Under the pieces are notes generated by a model. That model was not told the DNA's origin, ran no database searches, and worked only from the letters and a program-made list of their open reading frames with translations. Source: Adineta vaga (lineage: Eukaryota > Animalia > Rotifera). From it: 64,000 nt of DNA. The translations under genes were made by a program, and so were the position numbers. Below are positions 14,662-26,229 of the stretch, piece after piece (the stretch's first letter is position 1; each line of letters opens with the position of its first letter). The DNA lies in contig CP075496.1 of the NCBI GenBank assembly GCA_021613535.1, positions 11,532,001 through 11,596,000 on the forward strand, read 5' to 3'.

Positions 14662-16400
14662 TCAAATTGGTTGAATTCGTCGAGATTTATTTCTTGTCGT
14701 TGCTGGTAAAAGAATTGTTTCTGTTCCCACTGGTACTCGAATTGGCATATGGTCAGGTATTAAAATAGGTTTACATTCAGTGATACGATTATCACTTTCA
14801 TCTGGAATATTTTTAGTTACTACATATAAGAAACAATTTAAAATTAATGGAATAAATCCAAGACCAGCGGCTAAAAGTATTGTAAAATTTCTTGAATAAC
14901 TAACTGTTATTGAATATAAATAATTAAATAATGAATTACCAAATACATTTAAAATAGTATTGATTTCAGTAACGAATGTATAAGCATTATTGATTTCACT
15001 CGGTTCTAACCATTTAGATATTATCGAATATGTTAATGAGCCTTGATATGATGTAAATGGTGATATTAGTAAACCTGCATACAATTGCCAATTATAATAT
15101 GCATGTGATGTCCATAGTGCGGAGATTATAAAAAATATATGAGATATACAACAGATCGCAGCATCACTATAACGTGTGTAAGTAAACAATTTCATACCAA
15201 TAATACTACCAATACACCAAATAATCGATGATACTGTATTATAATAACCAATTTCTTTAGCTATAAAATAAAATATATTGAAATTAAATTCATACCATGT
15301 TTAAATGAATGTATTTTATAAATTTACCTGACCAACAAAATGGATAGTTGAGTTGAAACCATAGAAATGGTACACCAAATGCTAATGATGCGAGAATATG
15401 AAAAATAAATGCCAGAAGTGTAATAATTAAACTTAATGATCGTTTTCTTGAACGGTATGTATGACGTGGAGAAAAAACTGTACATATTTCCACTAGTTTG
15501 TTACATTTACTATCTGTCTTCTTATTATAATTATGTACATTTTCTGATGCAATAGGTGTGAATGTTTGTGATTTCATATGACGATAAACAATAATTATTG
15601 TCAATAATTGAAGAAATAATGCTGTCCAATAGAGATCAAGAAAACCACGATATTCAATCCAAAATCCAATGAGAAGCGAAGCTAAAGCACCGACTGCTGT
15701 ACATATAGCACCAATATGAAGAAATTTTGATGTTCTTTCTGATTCTTCAGTACTATCTGTAATAATTAAATTGAGAATAAAACCTGACACATTACCACCG
15801 CCAACTAAACTAGATACGAATGCAGCAATAAGCCACCAATAATCAGGTAGCTATTGAATAAAAGTAATATGAACCAATTCGATATGATTTTCTTTTCAAA
15901 ACTTACTCGATAATATATAATAAACAACCAAATAGCATATTGAAAAACATTTCCAAACATAGTAAGAATAAGCACAAATTTTCGACCTAATTGATGTGTA
16001 TATAATCCTAAGATATAAGTCATGACAATCGTTGGAATACTTGCTGCAACTGTTTGATAAAAAAATAGATTTGAAGATTGTTGTTGAGCCCATTGTTGAG
16101 CTGGTACTGAACTGGATTGATGTTTACATTGACCGAATTCATTGTTCGATGAAAATAATGTGGCAGTTGTACTCACCAATGATGATGTTTCAGTTGAACT
16201 ATATGTAGTCAAATAATAATTATAAATATATTGACCAATTGATGAAGCTAAATAATAATATAGTGTCTAAACAAAAAAGAAATTTATTACTATTCAATTG
16301 TAACAAAAATTGAAGGTAATATTACTTGTAGAGATAGAATAATTTCAATTAAATGTGAATGTAATAAACGGTGCAATGAGAAACGAAATGAAAAGCGCAT
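14662..16400 (-). CDS. MFS transporter, SLC46 (PCFT/thymic stromal cotransporter)-like, multi-exon
   Basis: LGRKFVL motif A variant, Cys-containing first loop, PFCWS and YSIISKWLEPSE; about 12 TM segments across exons. Confidence 0.8.
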
Positions 16401-16891
16401 AGTGATTTCGTTTTTATTCACTAATGGATAATATGAAATTGCTCGATGATTTCATAATACTATCACTCTAATTGTCGAAAATATCTATATATCACTTTCG
16501 TTCTCAATTAGAAACAAGTTGTATATCACAAAAAACGCTTCATATTTGCATGGACGGTATACACTGTATCAATTGATCACACAACTCTATCCTATACGCT
16601 GTCGCGTCACTCTCTCTGAAAGTAGTAAGGTAAAATAGGTATTGAATGAATATAGTTACATCATATTGATGCATCGAATCGTAATGCAGCAGTGGAAAAC
16701 TTGATAGATGGCGTACACATGTGTTTTAAAAAAATGTGGTTTTTATCAAAAATATAAACATACTTTATATATAAACTCAAATAAAGCATATCTATATGGA
16801 TTAGAATCAACGATCATTTATTCATCAAAACGAAAAAAAAGACACAACTACATTCTGAAACTCGATTGAAAAACTAAAACGACGGTGTTAT

Positions 16892-17695
16892 TTATTTCTT
16901 TCGTACAAATGTTGTACCATCTCCTAAACGTAATTGACAAACATCTACTGTTTGATCTAGTTTAATTTTATCATTCAATTGACGAATAGTAACTGTATTG
17001 ATATCATTTTTCGTTGGGTCTGCAACGAAACCAGTATAAATTGTATTGTCAATGGCCATTAAACCATTTGGACGTAATAAACGAAGACATAAATCATAAT
17101 AGTTAACATAATTGGGCTAGAAAAAATAAATGACATCATAAATGAGTTTTCATTCAATAGAAATTCATCAAACTGAACAAACCTTATCGCCATCAATGAA
17201 AATAAAATCGAAACTATTTTCTCCATATTTTTCTAATAAATCATTCAATGAATCAATGGCTGGTTTAATACGTAAATCTAATTTCTTGGCAACACCAGCT
17301 TTTTCCCATATATCACGTCGAACATATTTATCATCAATATCTAATGTAACTACAAGTCCATCATCAGGAACAGCTAATGCCATACTCATAGATGTATAAC
17401 CAGAAAGTGTACCAACCTCAATACAACGTTTGTAATGGCCAATTCGAATCAACATTTGAAAGAATTGTGCTGCATCAGCTGAACCGATCATCAGTGCGAA
17501 TTTTTCTAGAATAAGAAAATTCATTCAAGGGAAATAATTTTTCATTGAATGTAGATATAAAATCTTACCTGGTAATGATCTTGTATACTCAATTAATTCA
17601 TTCTGTGCAGTTGTTGGTCGAAAAGTATGATCCATAATATAATGATCAATTGGATCATGGGATAATTGAGCTTTAATATCTATTAAATTTGTCAT
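16892..17695 (-). CDS. Class I SAM-dependent O-methyltransferase (Methyltransf_3; COMTD1/CCoAOMT/MysB family), occupying the MysB position of the mycosporine cluster
   Basis: 3 exons (17695-17569, 17506-17183, 17116-16892, approximate). Motifs IEVGTLSGYT, FDFIFIDGDKPNY, LLRPNGLMAIDNT and LGDGTTFVRKK. Confidence 0.9.
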
Positions 17696-18004
17696 TCTGT
17701 ATATTACTCTTTTTTTCTTATCTAGAAGATTATAAACAAAGAGATTTGAATATGATTTTACTTTCGCTTTTTTATTACTGAAAAGAAAGAAAAAAGTATT
17801 TATCAGATAGAACCACTAAAAGAACACAAAAAGCAATAATAATAACTAAGCATGAATAACGAATTCAATCGTTTTTCTTTTGAACAAAGGAAAGAAAAAT
17901 TCTCATTTCGGAAGTATAAAAAAATGCAAAGAAAAAACATCGAACCTGTCGTATTTAACATGATGTCTTTAGTGTTTATTCCATTGCCATGAGAATATAA
18001 GCAT

Positions 18005-19429
18005 TTACATCACTGCTGAACAATAAGTTTTGTCTGCTGCATTTAAATTCATTCCGATTGAAGAAGCTAATGTTGATGAAACGGCATCAACAAGTAATTC
18101 ACCATTTAATGCTTTTGTTAATACTACATCATCACCATCTGTTGTTTCCATATAATCACTTTGATCAACATATGCATCAACACCATCACCAGCACGTGGA
18201 TAACTTTTAACAAGTTGCTTATGTTCTTTTAAAATTTGTTCAAGTTCTTCATATGTTAAATCATTTACGAATATACAATTGCCAATTGGTTTAGGCATAG
18301 CTGCACGTTGATGACCATCACGTGTTAACATAATTGATTTAGTTGCTTTCCAAATTAATTCAATTGTGAACAATTCATGATCAAGTGTAAGACCAACACG
18401 TGACATTAAACCAAGAATACGATCACGTTCTTCCATTGTTATCAATCCACGTTTCCATGCTATTGTTGTAGAAAATGCCATATCAATGTTAATAGCATGA
18501 CCATGACGAAGTGGAATTGGTGGTGTAAGTTCAAGTGTTGGTGACCATGTATGTCCAAAAGCAATCACACGATCGAGCATAATTTCATGAAGATTTGGTA
18601 CTCTATTCGAGAAGAAAGAAATCAATTAAATTTTGAATAATTTATTGAATAAATATAAATCTTACTCGAGTTCAAGCATTTTCTTAATACCAATATAATT
18701 GATTTGTTTGGCAGCATTTCGAACTTCTTCAGGTGCACCATCTAAGTAACCGAAATGAGTTGAAATCAATTGTTCACCATATTTATCAAGTAGATCAAAA
18801 ACGGTCTTTTCTGCTACTGTTGAAATTTTCACTAGTTCAGCAAAACCATTGCGAATATGTCCTTGTGATAAAGTTTTCAAAAATGAAAAATCAAGAAACG
18901 TCATTAATGGAGCATGGTAAGCACCGAGTCGATTTTTAAGTTTGCCATGATTAAGACCAACTTTAATTGAAACACTTGCATCAATTAAACCAATTAATGT
19001 CGTTGGTATACGAATGAAATTTGATGTACGTCGATACGATGCACATGCATAACCGGCAACATCTGTTAAAACACCACCACCAATGACTAAAACAGGTTCT
19101 TTACGAACAAGACCATATTCAGCAAATGTATCCAAAATTTCCATTTTTGTCTTCATTGTTTTACGTAATTCACCACTTCGAATAACTTTTGTCGTACACT
19201 TGATATTATGTTCAGCAAAATATTTTTCCATTACTTGTCCATATACTTTATGAACATTATCATCAATAATAACTAAACATCGACCCCAGGCATGATAACA
19301 TTCAGCTAAATCAGGATGTTTTGGATCGAAGATATTATCAACAAAACGAAAATCATAGGTAATTCTCTCATAACCTTCAATGTGAAATCCATTTGTTGTT
19401 GGTGTTACGATTGCTGACATATCCGACAT
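18005..19429 (-). CDS. mysA: Demethyl-4-deoxygadusol synthase (sedoheptulose 7-phosphate cyclase, DHQS-like), about 453 aa
   Basis: Exons 19429-18666 and 18602-18005. [51 protein letters not shown]-type MLELEVPNLHE (EEVS enzymes have MLEELxPNL), [16 protein letters not shown] and [13 protein letters not shown]. Confidence 0.95.
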
Positions 19430-20616
19430 GATGTTTGAAGAATATAATAAGATCTTGAAATAGAAAAAAAGATTTAAATTCAAAAGAAACTAAAGCATTA
19501 TATACATACTGAATATAATAGAAAAGAATCGTTGATTAATGTAATTACTTTACTAAAATGCACTGAGTTAGACTTTTTTTTATAGTGATTTACTTTGATG
19601 AAATCGTGATTCTTATATACCATCAGAATAGACTGTTTCTATGGATAAATTTCTCTACTTATTGCCCTTCTTTCGTATGCTATCCAGGGTAATCTCACAA
19701 GAGAGAGACTATGGTGTTATATAATATAAAAAAACAACAGACACTACGATATTCTTACATAGTAATAAAAAAAAATAGTTAAACGAATCATACACGTGAC
19801 AGACAAATATTAAATACTTGAAGAACATTTCTTTCCCTTCTTCTCGCTTCTCATCTGTTTGATTAAAAGAACAAAAATGTAAAGGGTTTATGAGTAAATG
19901 ATATTTTTAGTGTACATATCATCATGTAACATGAAAAGTAATAAAGTCTATTACACCCATATTAAAAGATGCTTTCAGATCAGTTTTTTCAATCAAATAT
20001 TCAAAATTTCATAGTCATCCGTTCTCATATTGATTTTGGTAATTCGTACTATCTCCCCTGTCTTATATAATCGAATATTTGTACGTGTCACGTGACGTCT
20101 GTAGATCAGATAATCAAATAAAACACGCACACATGGTTTCTTTCTTTCTACGGCCGACCACGAAACACACTTAGAAAAATCTATTTAAAAGGTAAAAAAC
20201 ACAAACTGTCTTCGGTTTATTCAGTATGAAATGTGTTTCTCTTCTTTTATTCTTCGTAGTTAAATTAACACGAAAATCTTTGCAAGCTGCGAAAAATTTG
20301 TTAAAATACGTGCTGTGAAAGGAATAACCTGGGCGTTTAAGTAGAAATATATTGCACAATACATTTTATGATGCGTTAGATAATAAGCGAACTGATTGAA
20401 ACCAAGGTCAGTATTTAGAAACTACGCCGTTTCTTTTTTTGAAATGTGTACTGAGAGTACGATTTTGATGCTTATTTTAGAAAAATTATTTTTGGAATGT
20501 CAATTTTCAGAAAAAGAAAACAGAAAAATGTTGAATCAGTCCATGAAGGTACTAATTTCGTATATCTTTATATTCCATAACGAAAACTAATATTGATAAT
20601 TGTTTCGATCATAGAG
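19430..20616. promoter_or_regulatory. Divergent intergenic/promoter region between mysA and mysC with two CACGTG E-boxes and 5' introns
   Basis: CACGTGAC at 19793-19800; palindrome GTCACGTGAC at 20087-20096 overlapping TGACGTC at 20093-20099; head-to-head gene orientation. Confidence 0.5.
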
Positions 20617-22170
20617 ATGCTGAACTTAAATCCAAAAGCTATTGAATCATTTGATGCAGCAAAACATCGACAACGATCTATAGATAGTTTTGAACAAACA
20701 TGGCCTTGGTATCGTCATTTAGTTAAATCAATTTCTCATACAATAAATATACCATCGGATACATTGAATAATTATGTGCGAACAATTGGTTTTCTTCTTT
20801 TACTTGGTTTTCTCTTTCCATTCAATTTATTAATTACAATAATAACATTATTTTCTTCAAAATTGAATCATCTTTTTAAACAAAATGACGCAGAATCAAA
20901 ATTTGAATCTAAATCTACACGTAAACGAATTCTTATTTCAGGTGGAATGATGACCAAAGCACTTGTATTATGTCGTGGATTTCATCAAGCTGGCCATCAG
21001 ATTATTCTTGTTGATGAAGCAACCAATTGGTTGACAGGTCATCGTTGGTCGAAATCTGTTGAACGATTCTATGTTGTTCCATCACCTGAAAAAGATCCCG
21101 AAGCATACATTCAATCACTTGTCGATATTGTTCAAAAAGAGAAAATTGATATGTTCGTACCAGTAACTGGTCCTTATCATGCTCATATCGATGCACAAGT
21201 AATTATATATATATATATATATTATTTGATAAGATTATGAAAATGATTTATTTTATTATAGGTAAAAGCTGTTTTACTTCAATATAATTGTTCGACATTT
21301 CATATGAATAGTGATGAAATTGCTCTTGTTGATAATAAGTATTCATTTACGAATAGAGCTCGTTCATTAGATTTACCTGTTCCAAAATCATTCTATATTA
21401 CATCACGACGTCAATTACTTGATTTTAATTTTGAACAAGAAACTCGTCCATATATTTGTAAAAGTATTATGTATGATTGGCTTGATCGAGGAGCAATGAT
21501 AACATTACCACGACCAACACAAGCCGAAATGATTGAATATGTTAATCGTTTACCTATCAATGAAGAATGTCCATATATTCTACAAGAATTTATTCAAGGT
21601 GATGAATATTGTACACATGGTACATGTTTAAATGGCGAATTAACATTATTTACTTGCTGCCATTCATCATCATGGCAATTAACTTATAAACATATCGATC
21701 ATCCATCAATTGAACAATGGTGTAGAAAATATGTTCGAGAAATGAAATTAACTGGTCATGCATCATTTGATTTTATTGTCAGTTCCGATGATGGTAAAGC
21801 ATATGGAATTGAATGTAATCCACGTGTTCATTCAGCGATTACAGCATTTTATAATCATCCAAATCTTGCTGATGCTTATTTACCATCTCTTCATTCTAGA
21901 ATTATGATTCCGTTATCAACAGCTCGTGAAACGTATTGGTTAACACATGAATTATGGCGAATCATACGACATATTCAATCAATGGATAAAGTTTGGGAAT
22001 CTCTACGACGAATATTTACTGGTAGAGAAGCAATATGGTCATTTGATGATCCATTACCATTTTTATTACATTATCATGTTCATATTGTTTATCTTTTGTT
22101 GGATAATCTTCGACCAAGTCGTATACGATTTTTTCATAAAATTGATTGTTGTCTCGGTGAACTCGCATAA
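20617..22170 (+). CDS. mysC: ATP-grasp C-N ligase, MysC (mycosporine-glycine synthetase) family, about 496 aa
   Basis: Exons 20617-21198 and 21262-22170. Hydrophobic N-segment then ILISGGMMTKAL, GFHQAGH, WLTGHRWSKSVERFYVVPSP, VPKSF, QEFIQGDEYCTH, LTGHASFDFI, IECNPRVHSAITAFY, TYWLTHELWR and DDPLPFL, collinear with cyanobacterial MysC. The exact N-terminus is uncertain. Confidence 0.93.
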
Positions 22171-22398
22171 TTTCAGTTATTTTTTTCTCTTCATTTTATG
22201 TTGTTATTACTATTGCTATTATTATTTTTGATATAAAAATAAAAATAACATTTCAGTATTAAGATATCAATTTCAAGAAGTAATCAGAAATAGGATACTA
22301 ATATCACAATAGGAAAATATTGACTCATGTCCTTGAATATTCAAATATAAAAAGCTTGATACAAAAATGTTGGATATGCGCTTTTTCTATTGACGAAT

Positions 22399-23329
22399 AT
22401 GAAGACATTTATTGCTACCGTTCTTGTTGTTTTAATTCAACAACATATCCAAATAGCTTTTGCAGGTATGAATTAAGAACATCTTCTTTCTGTTTTAGTT
22501 ATTTAGGACTTTTTTAGTTCAATGTGATGCAACAAATCCATGTAATCTAGTACCGGGTAGTTTCGATGAAAGAAATGGTTATTGTTGTTATGGTGTTCCA
22601 CCCAATTATAATGATGTCGTATGTACATGTCCAAATAATGCAGCTGTTCTCAATGGACCTTGTCGTAAGAATTGAACAATTGGAATTGAAAAACATCATA
22701 TTTTTCTTCATGTAATTTTATTGAATATAGGCACGGCTGTAACACCAAATCAGGGAGTTTGCAATCGAACATGCGTTAACGGTGGTGTCTGCAATGTTGT
22801 CAATGGTCAACAAGTTTGTTGGTGTACACTAGGTTATTCAGGTTCATACTGTGAACTTCAAGGTTTGTGATGATCAATCTTCGTTGTTCTATCATCTTTC
22901 TGTATGATATTTGTTAGGTATTGCAACTCGTTGTCATGCTGGATTATGTCAAGTTGGAACTTGTGTTGAACAAACCATAGGAGCAAGTGTACATGCTTAT
23001 TGTCATTGTAACCCTGGCTGGACAGGACAAACATGCAATCAATGTTCGTATTTTCTTAAGATATTTTCAACTTCCTACTTCATATTTTTATCATCTTTTT
23101 CAGGCTATTTTACATGCACACATGCAGGTGCATTTCCTGATACAGCTCATTGCGCCATTGGTCGATATTTCTATTGTGAAACTGCAACTAGTGGTAGGAT
23201 TATTTTCAATTGAAATTCTTCATAACTGATGATTTCATTGGTATTTTAGCACCTATCAGTGCCATGTGTCAAGATGGTCAAAGATTTAATCGTTTAACAA
23301 ACAGATGTGATGCATCAGCAACTTGCTAA
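22399..23329 (+). CDS. Secreted Cys-rich protein with EGF-like repeats and a C-terminal peritrophin-A (ChtBD2)-like domain
   Basis: Signal-like MKTFIATVLVVLIQ; EGF motifs CVNGGVC..CWCTLGYSGSYC and CHCNPGWTGQTC; terminal FTC...FPD..C..YFYC...C.DGQRFN....C. Confidence 0.75.
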
Positions 23330-23747
23330 TACATATAATAATCAAATACTCCAATAAAAGAACAACAATAATATTTGAATTTACTTTTTATTTCTTCCAT
23401 ACATATATCAAATAAAAGTTTTTCAAATAAATAATTCATTTTTTGCAAAAAATATTTGATAAAAATAGTATTACTCGAATATATATTTGCTTCTTTCTTT
23501 GTGAATAAGTCACCTTGATAAGAAAATATTTTCATATTATTACAATGAAATTTAAACCCTTGAACCGGCTGGTATTTATTTAAACTAAAACTAAATATTT
23601 ACGAAAACGAAAACATATACTGCTCAAATGTTTTAGCTGTACAGTAGGAAAACAAGAAAAAGAAAATGAAAAATATTACTTTAACACAATCAATTGGGTA
23701 CAATTAAACAAAGAAATATTACAAAAAAAGTCAACATCTATAATTAT

Positions 23748-26229
23748 TTATGCTACTACTTCTGTTTTTATCGCATTATTTTTCTGAAGAGTTCTCTTCT
23801 CTTTATGATTTATCCACATTAAAGCAAAATGCATCAATGCACTTGCTATAAAACTAATACCACCGATTAAAAATGAAACGTCGAAACTCGATGTTATATC
23901 ACGAATGAAACCCATGACCTAAGTTCACATACACACATATATTTATATGAGATAAAATAGAAATGAATTTACCGGTGGAGCAGTCAAAGATGTTATACCA
24001 CGAAACATTAAAGTTAAACCTAATGCACTACTGTATCGCTCCAAACCAACAATTTGACAGACAATAACTGGACTTAAAGAGACATGGAATGCTATAAAGA
24101 AAAGAGAGAAAATAGCAATCTATTAACTACATAAATTTGCATCTATCATAAAGATTAGAGCACAGTAGCAGAAGATAAATCCATATGAATTCCTGTCGCA
24201 ATCAATATTTTCTTACCAATGAAACCGCCCCATACAACACAATAGATAATTAACAGTGTATATGTGTAACAGTATGGTACAAGTAATGTTGCAATACCAG
24301 CAACTGTTAGACCAATATTATTGACTAATAATGGTGACATATATGGAATTTTTGTAATCCATCCAGAACCAAAACGACTAGCTGTGTTAGTGAAACCTAA
24401 AGAATAACATAGATTATAATCTCTAGCAGATATTGGGATTTAATTCACCAATTAATGATAATAGAAATACAGCACTTGTCTCTTGAATTTTTCTTTCTGT
24501 TGTTGCGTATTTCACAATAAATAGATAAGGTGTATAATATCCAATCATTGAACAAACATTAGCCTAGTGTTAAGAAAAATTGAATTTTCTCAATAAAACA
24601 TTTCGTTGTCTAATACTCTACCACACAAATGATAACCATTTTTTTATCATTTAAAAGATTAAAATTTGTCATCGAAAGAAATACATCCCAAAATGATTTC
24701 ATAGATGTTTTATCTTTTGTTTCTGGTACTTTAGTTGTTTCTTGAACATACGTGGGAATGTCTGGTTGTGATTGGTATTCAGGTAATTTGGTAACATCAC
24801 CTTGATAAAGTACATCCTCTTTATATAAACTAGTGAAAACAGAAATGACAAATGATACTGAAAAGAAAAATAACTTACGGACGAGCTGCATCGTCAGCTT
24901 TGATACTTTGTCTTGATTTTGCTGAAATAGCTGAACCAGCTCGTGCTCGTTTTGGTAATATTTCTTCTGTTGCTTCGTCATTTATACTAGGATTTGACTT
25001 ATGAATCGAGACTTGTTTTGTAAGAGGTTGGGGCTCAATTTTTTCATTAAGTAAAGGTGATGTTGTCTATGATAAATATAGCACAAATAAATAATACTAG
25101 AGGAATCATCGACTTACTGTCGCTGGGAAGACGTCATCATGTCTACATTGAGAAGACAGAACAAAAATAGATTAAAAAATCATCAAAAAGAAATGATAGA
25201 AAGTGTGTTGCTCTCGTAAAAATTACAATGTAGTAGAAAATGAATTGCATCGAAATATGACACTCGTCATCAGAATTTTAATCTCATTTTAATTAATATT
25301 ATCTAATAAAAAATATGACAAACTTACATTTCTGTTGATTGTATTATGCGTCGTTTACGTACTGGTTTCAATGGAATCATGAATGCACAACAAAAAGCAC
25401 ATAGAAGAAGAATGGCCGATAATATAACTAAACCATATTTCCAGCCAAGAGCATTGAATAAAAAACGAGATAATGGTCCAAAAGTAATTGAACCAATGCC
25501 TGTACCCGCCGTAACAATTCCTATAATTTAGAATTGTTAGTTTGAATTATTCGAAAAAAAGATCATATTTCATACCTGTGGCGATAGCACGTTTTTCTTC
25601 AAAGTAATATCCAACCATGACAATACTAGGTAAATACACAAGTCCCATACCAATTCCTCCAATAAAACCGAATAATAACCACATAATATAAATATTCGGT
25701 GAATATATTGATGAAGCAACAGCTAAAGATGCAATAATACTTCCAATTATACCAATTGGACGACAACCCCATTTATTACATAATGCTGAAGCGATCGGTG
25801 CTAAATTATTCAGAGAAAAGAAAAAGAACGTGAATCGTAAATATTATATTAGTGAAAATAAATCATTACCACTGAGTAAATAGAAACCACAAGCAAGAGA
25901 TATAACAAGTGACACAGATAATTCTGAACATTGAAAATTTTTCTTTAAATCTTCAGATATGGCACCAAATGCATATAGAAAACCATCGACAATTAGATTG
26001 ATAAACTACAACACAAGACAAATGATATTCTTTATGAGAGAAAAAAAGGAAAAACTTGTTTCAAACTACTTACAAAACATGCTATAAGAACAACCCAACC
26101 AAATCCACCGTCAGGAGGCGTAGTAATATAATCATACTCATCATCATCATCTAATTTCTGTAGGTTTTTCTTATTTGAATCTAATTCGATTTCTTTGTCT
26201 TGACGTTTTTCTTCTCCTTTTTTCATCAT
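23748..26229 (-). CDS. Monocarboxylate transporter (SLC16/MCT) family
   Basis: PPDGGFGWVV signature, YFEEKRAIATG, terminal exon VMGFIRDITSSFDVSF; multiple exons including a 25-nt exon near 25118-25142. Confidence 0.9.

Noticed and set aside
18005-18025. C-terminal CaaX prenylation motif on DDGS (..YCSAVM)
   Set aside because: The Cys is fifth from the end, not fourth.
18005-19429. Calling this gene 3-dehydroquinate synthase (shikimate pathway) or EEVS (vertebrate gadusol pathway)
   Set aside because: MLELExPNLHE, GHTWSP and HGHA motifs, the N-terminal EGYE segment and the adjacent O-MT and MysC indicate DDGS.
16892-22170. Bacterial or fungal contamination
   Set aside because: Host-like AT content and intron sizes, and contiguity with clearly metazoan genes; read-level confirmation is still advisable.
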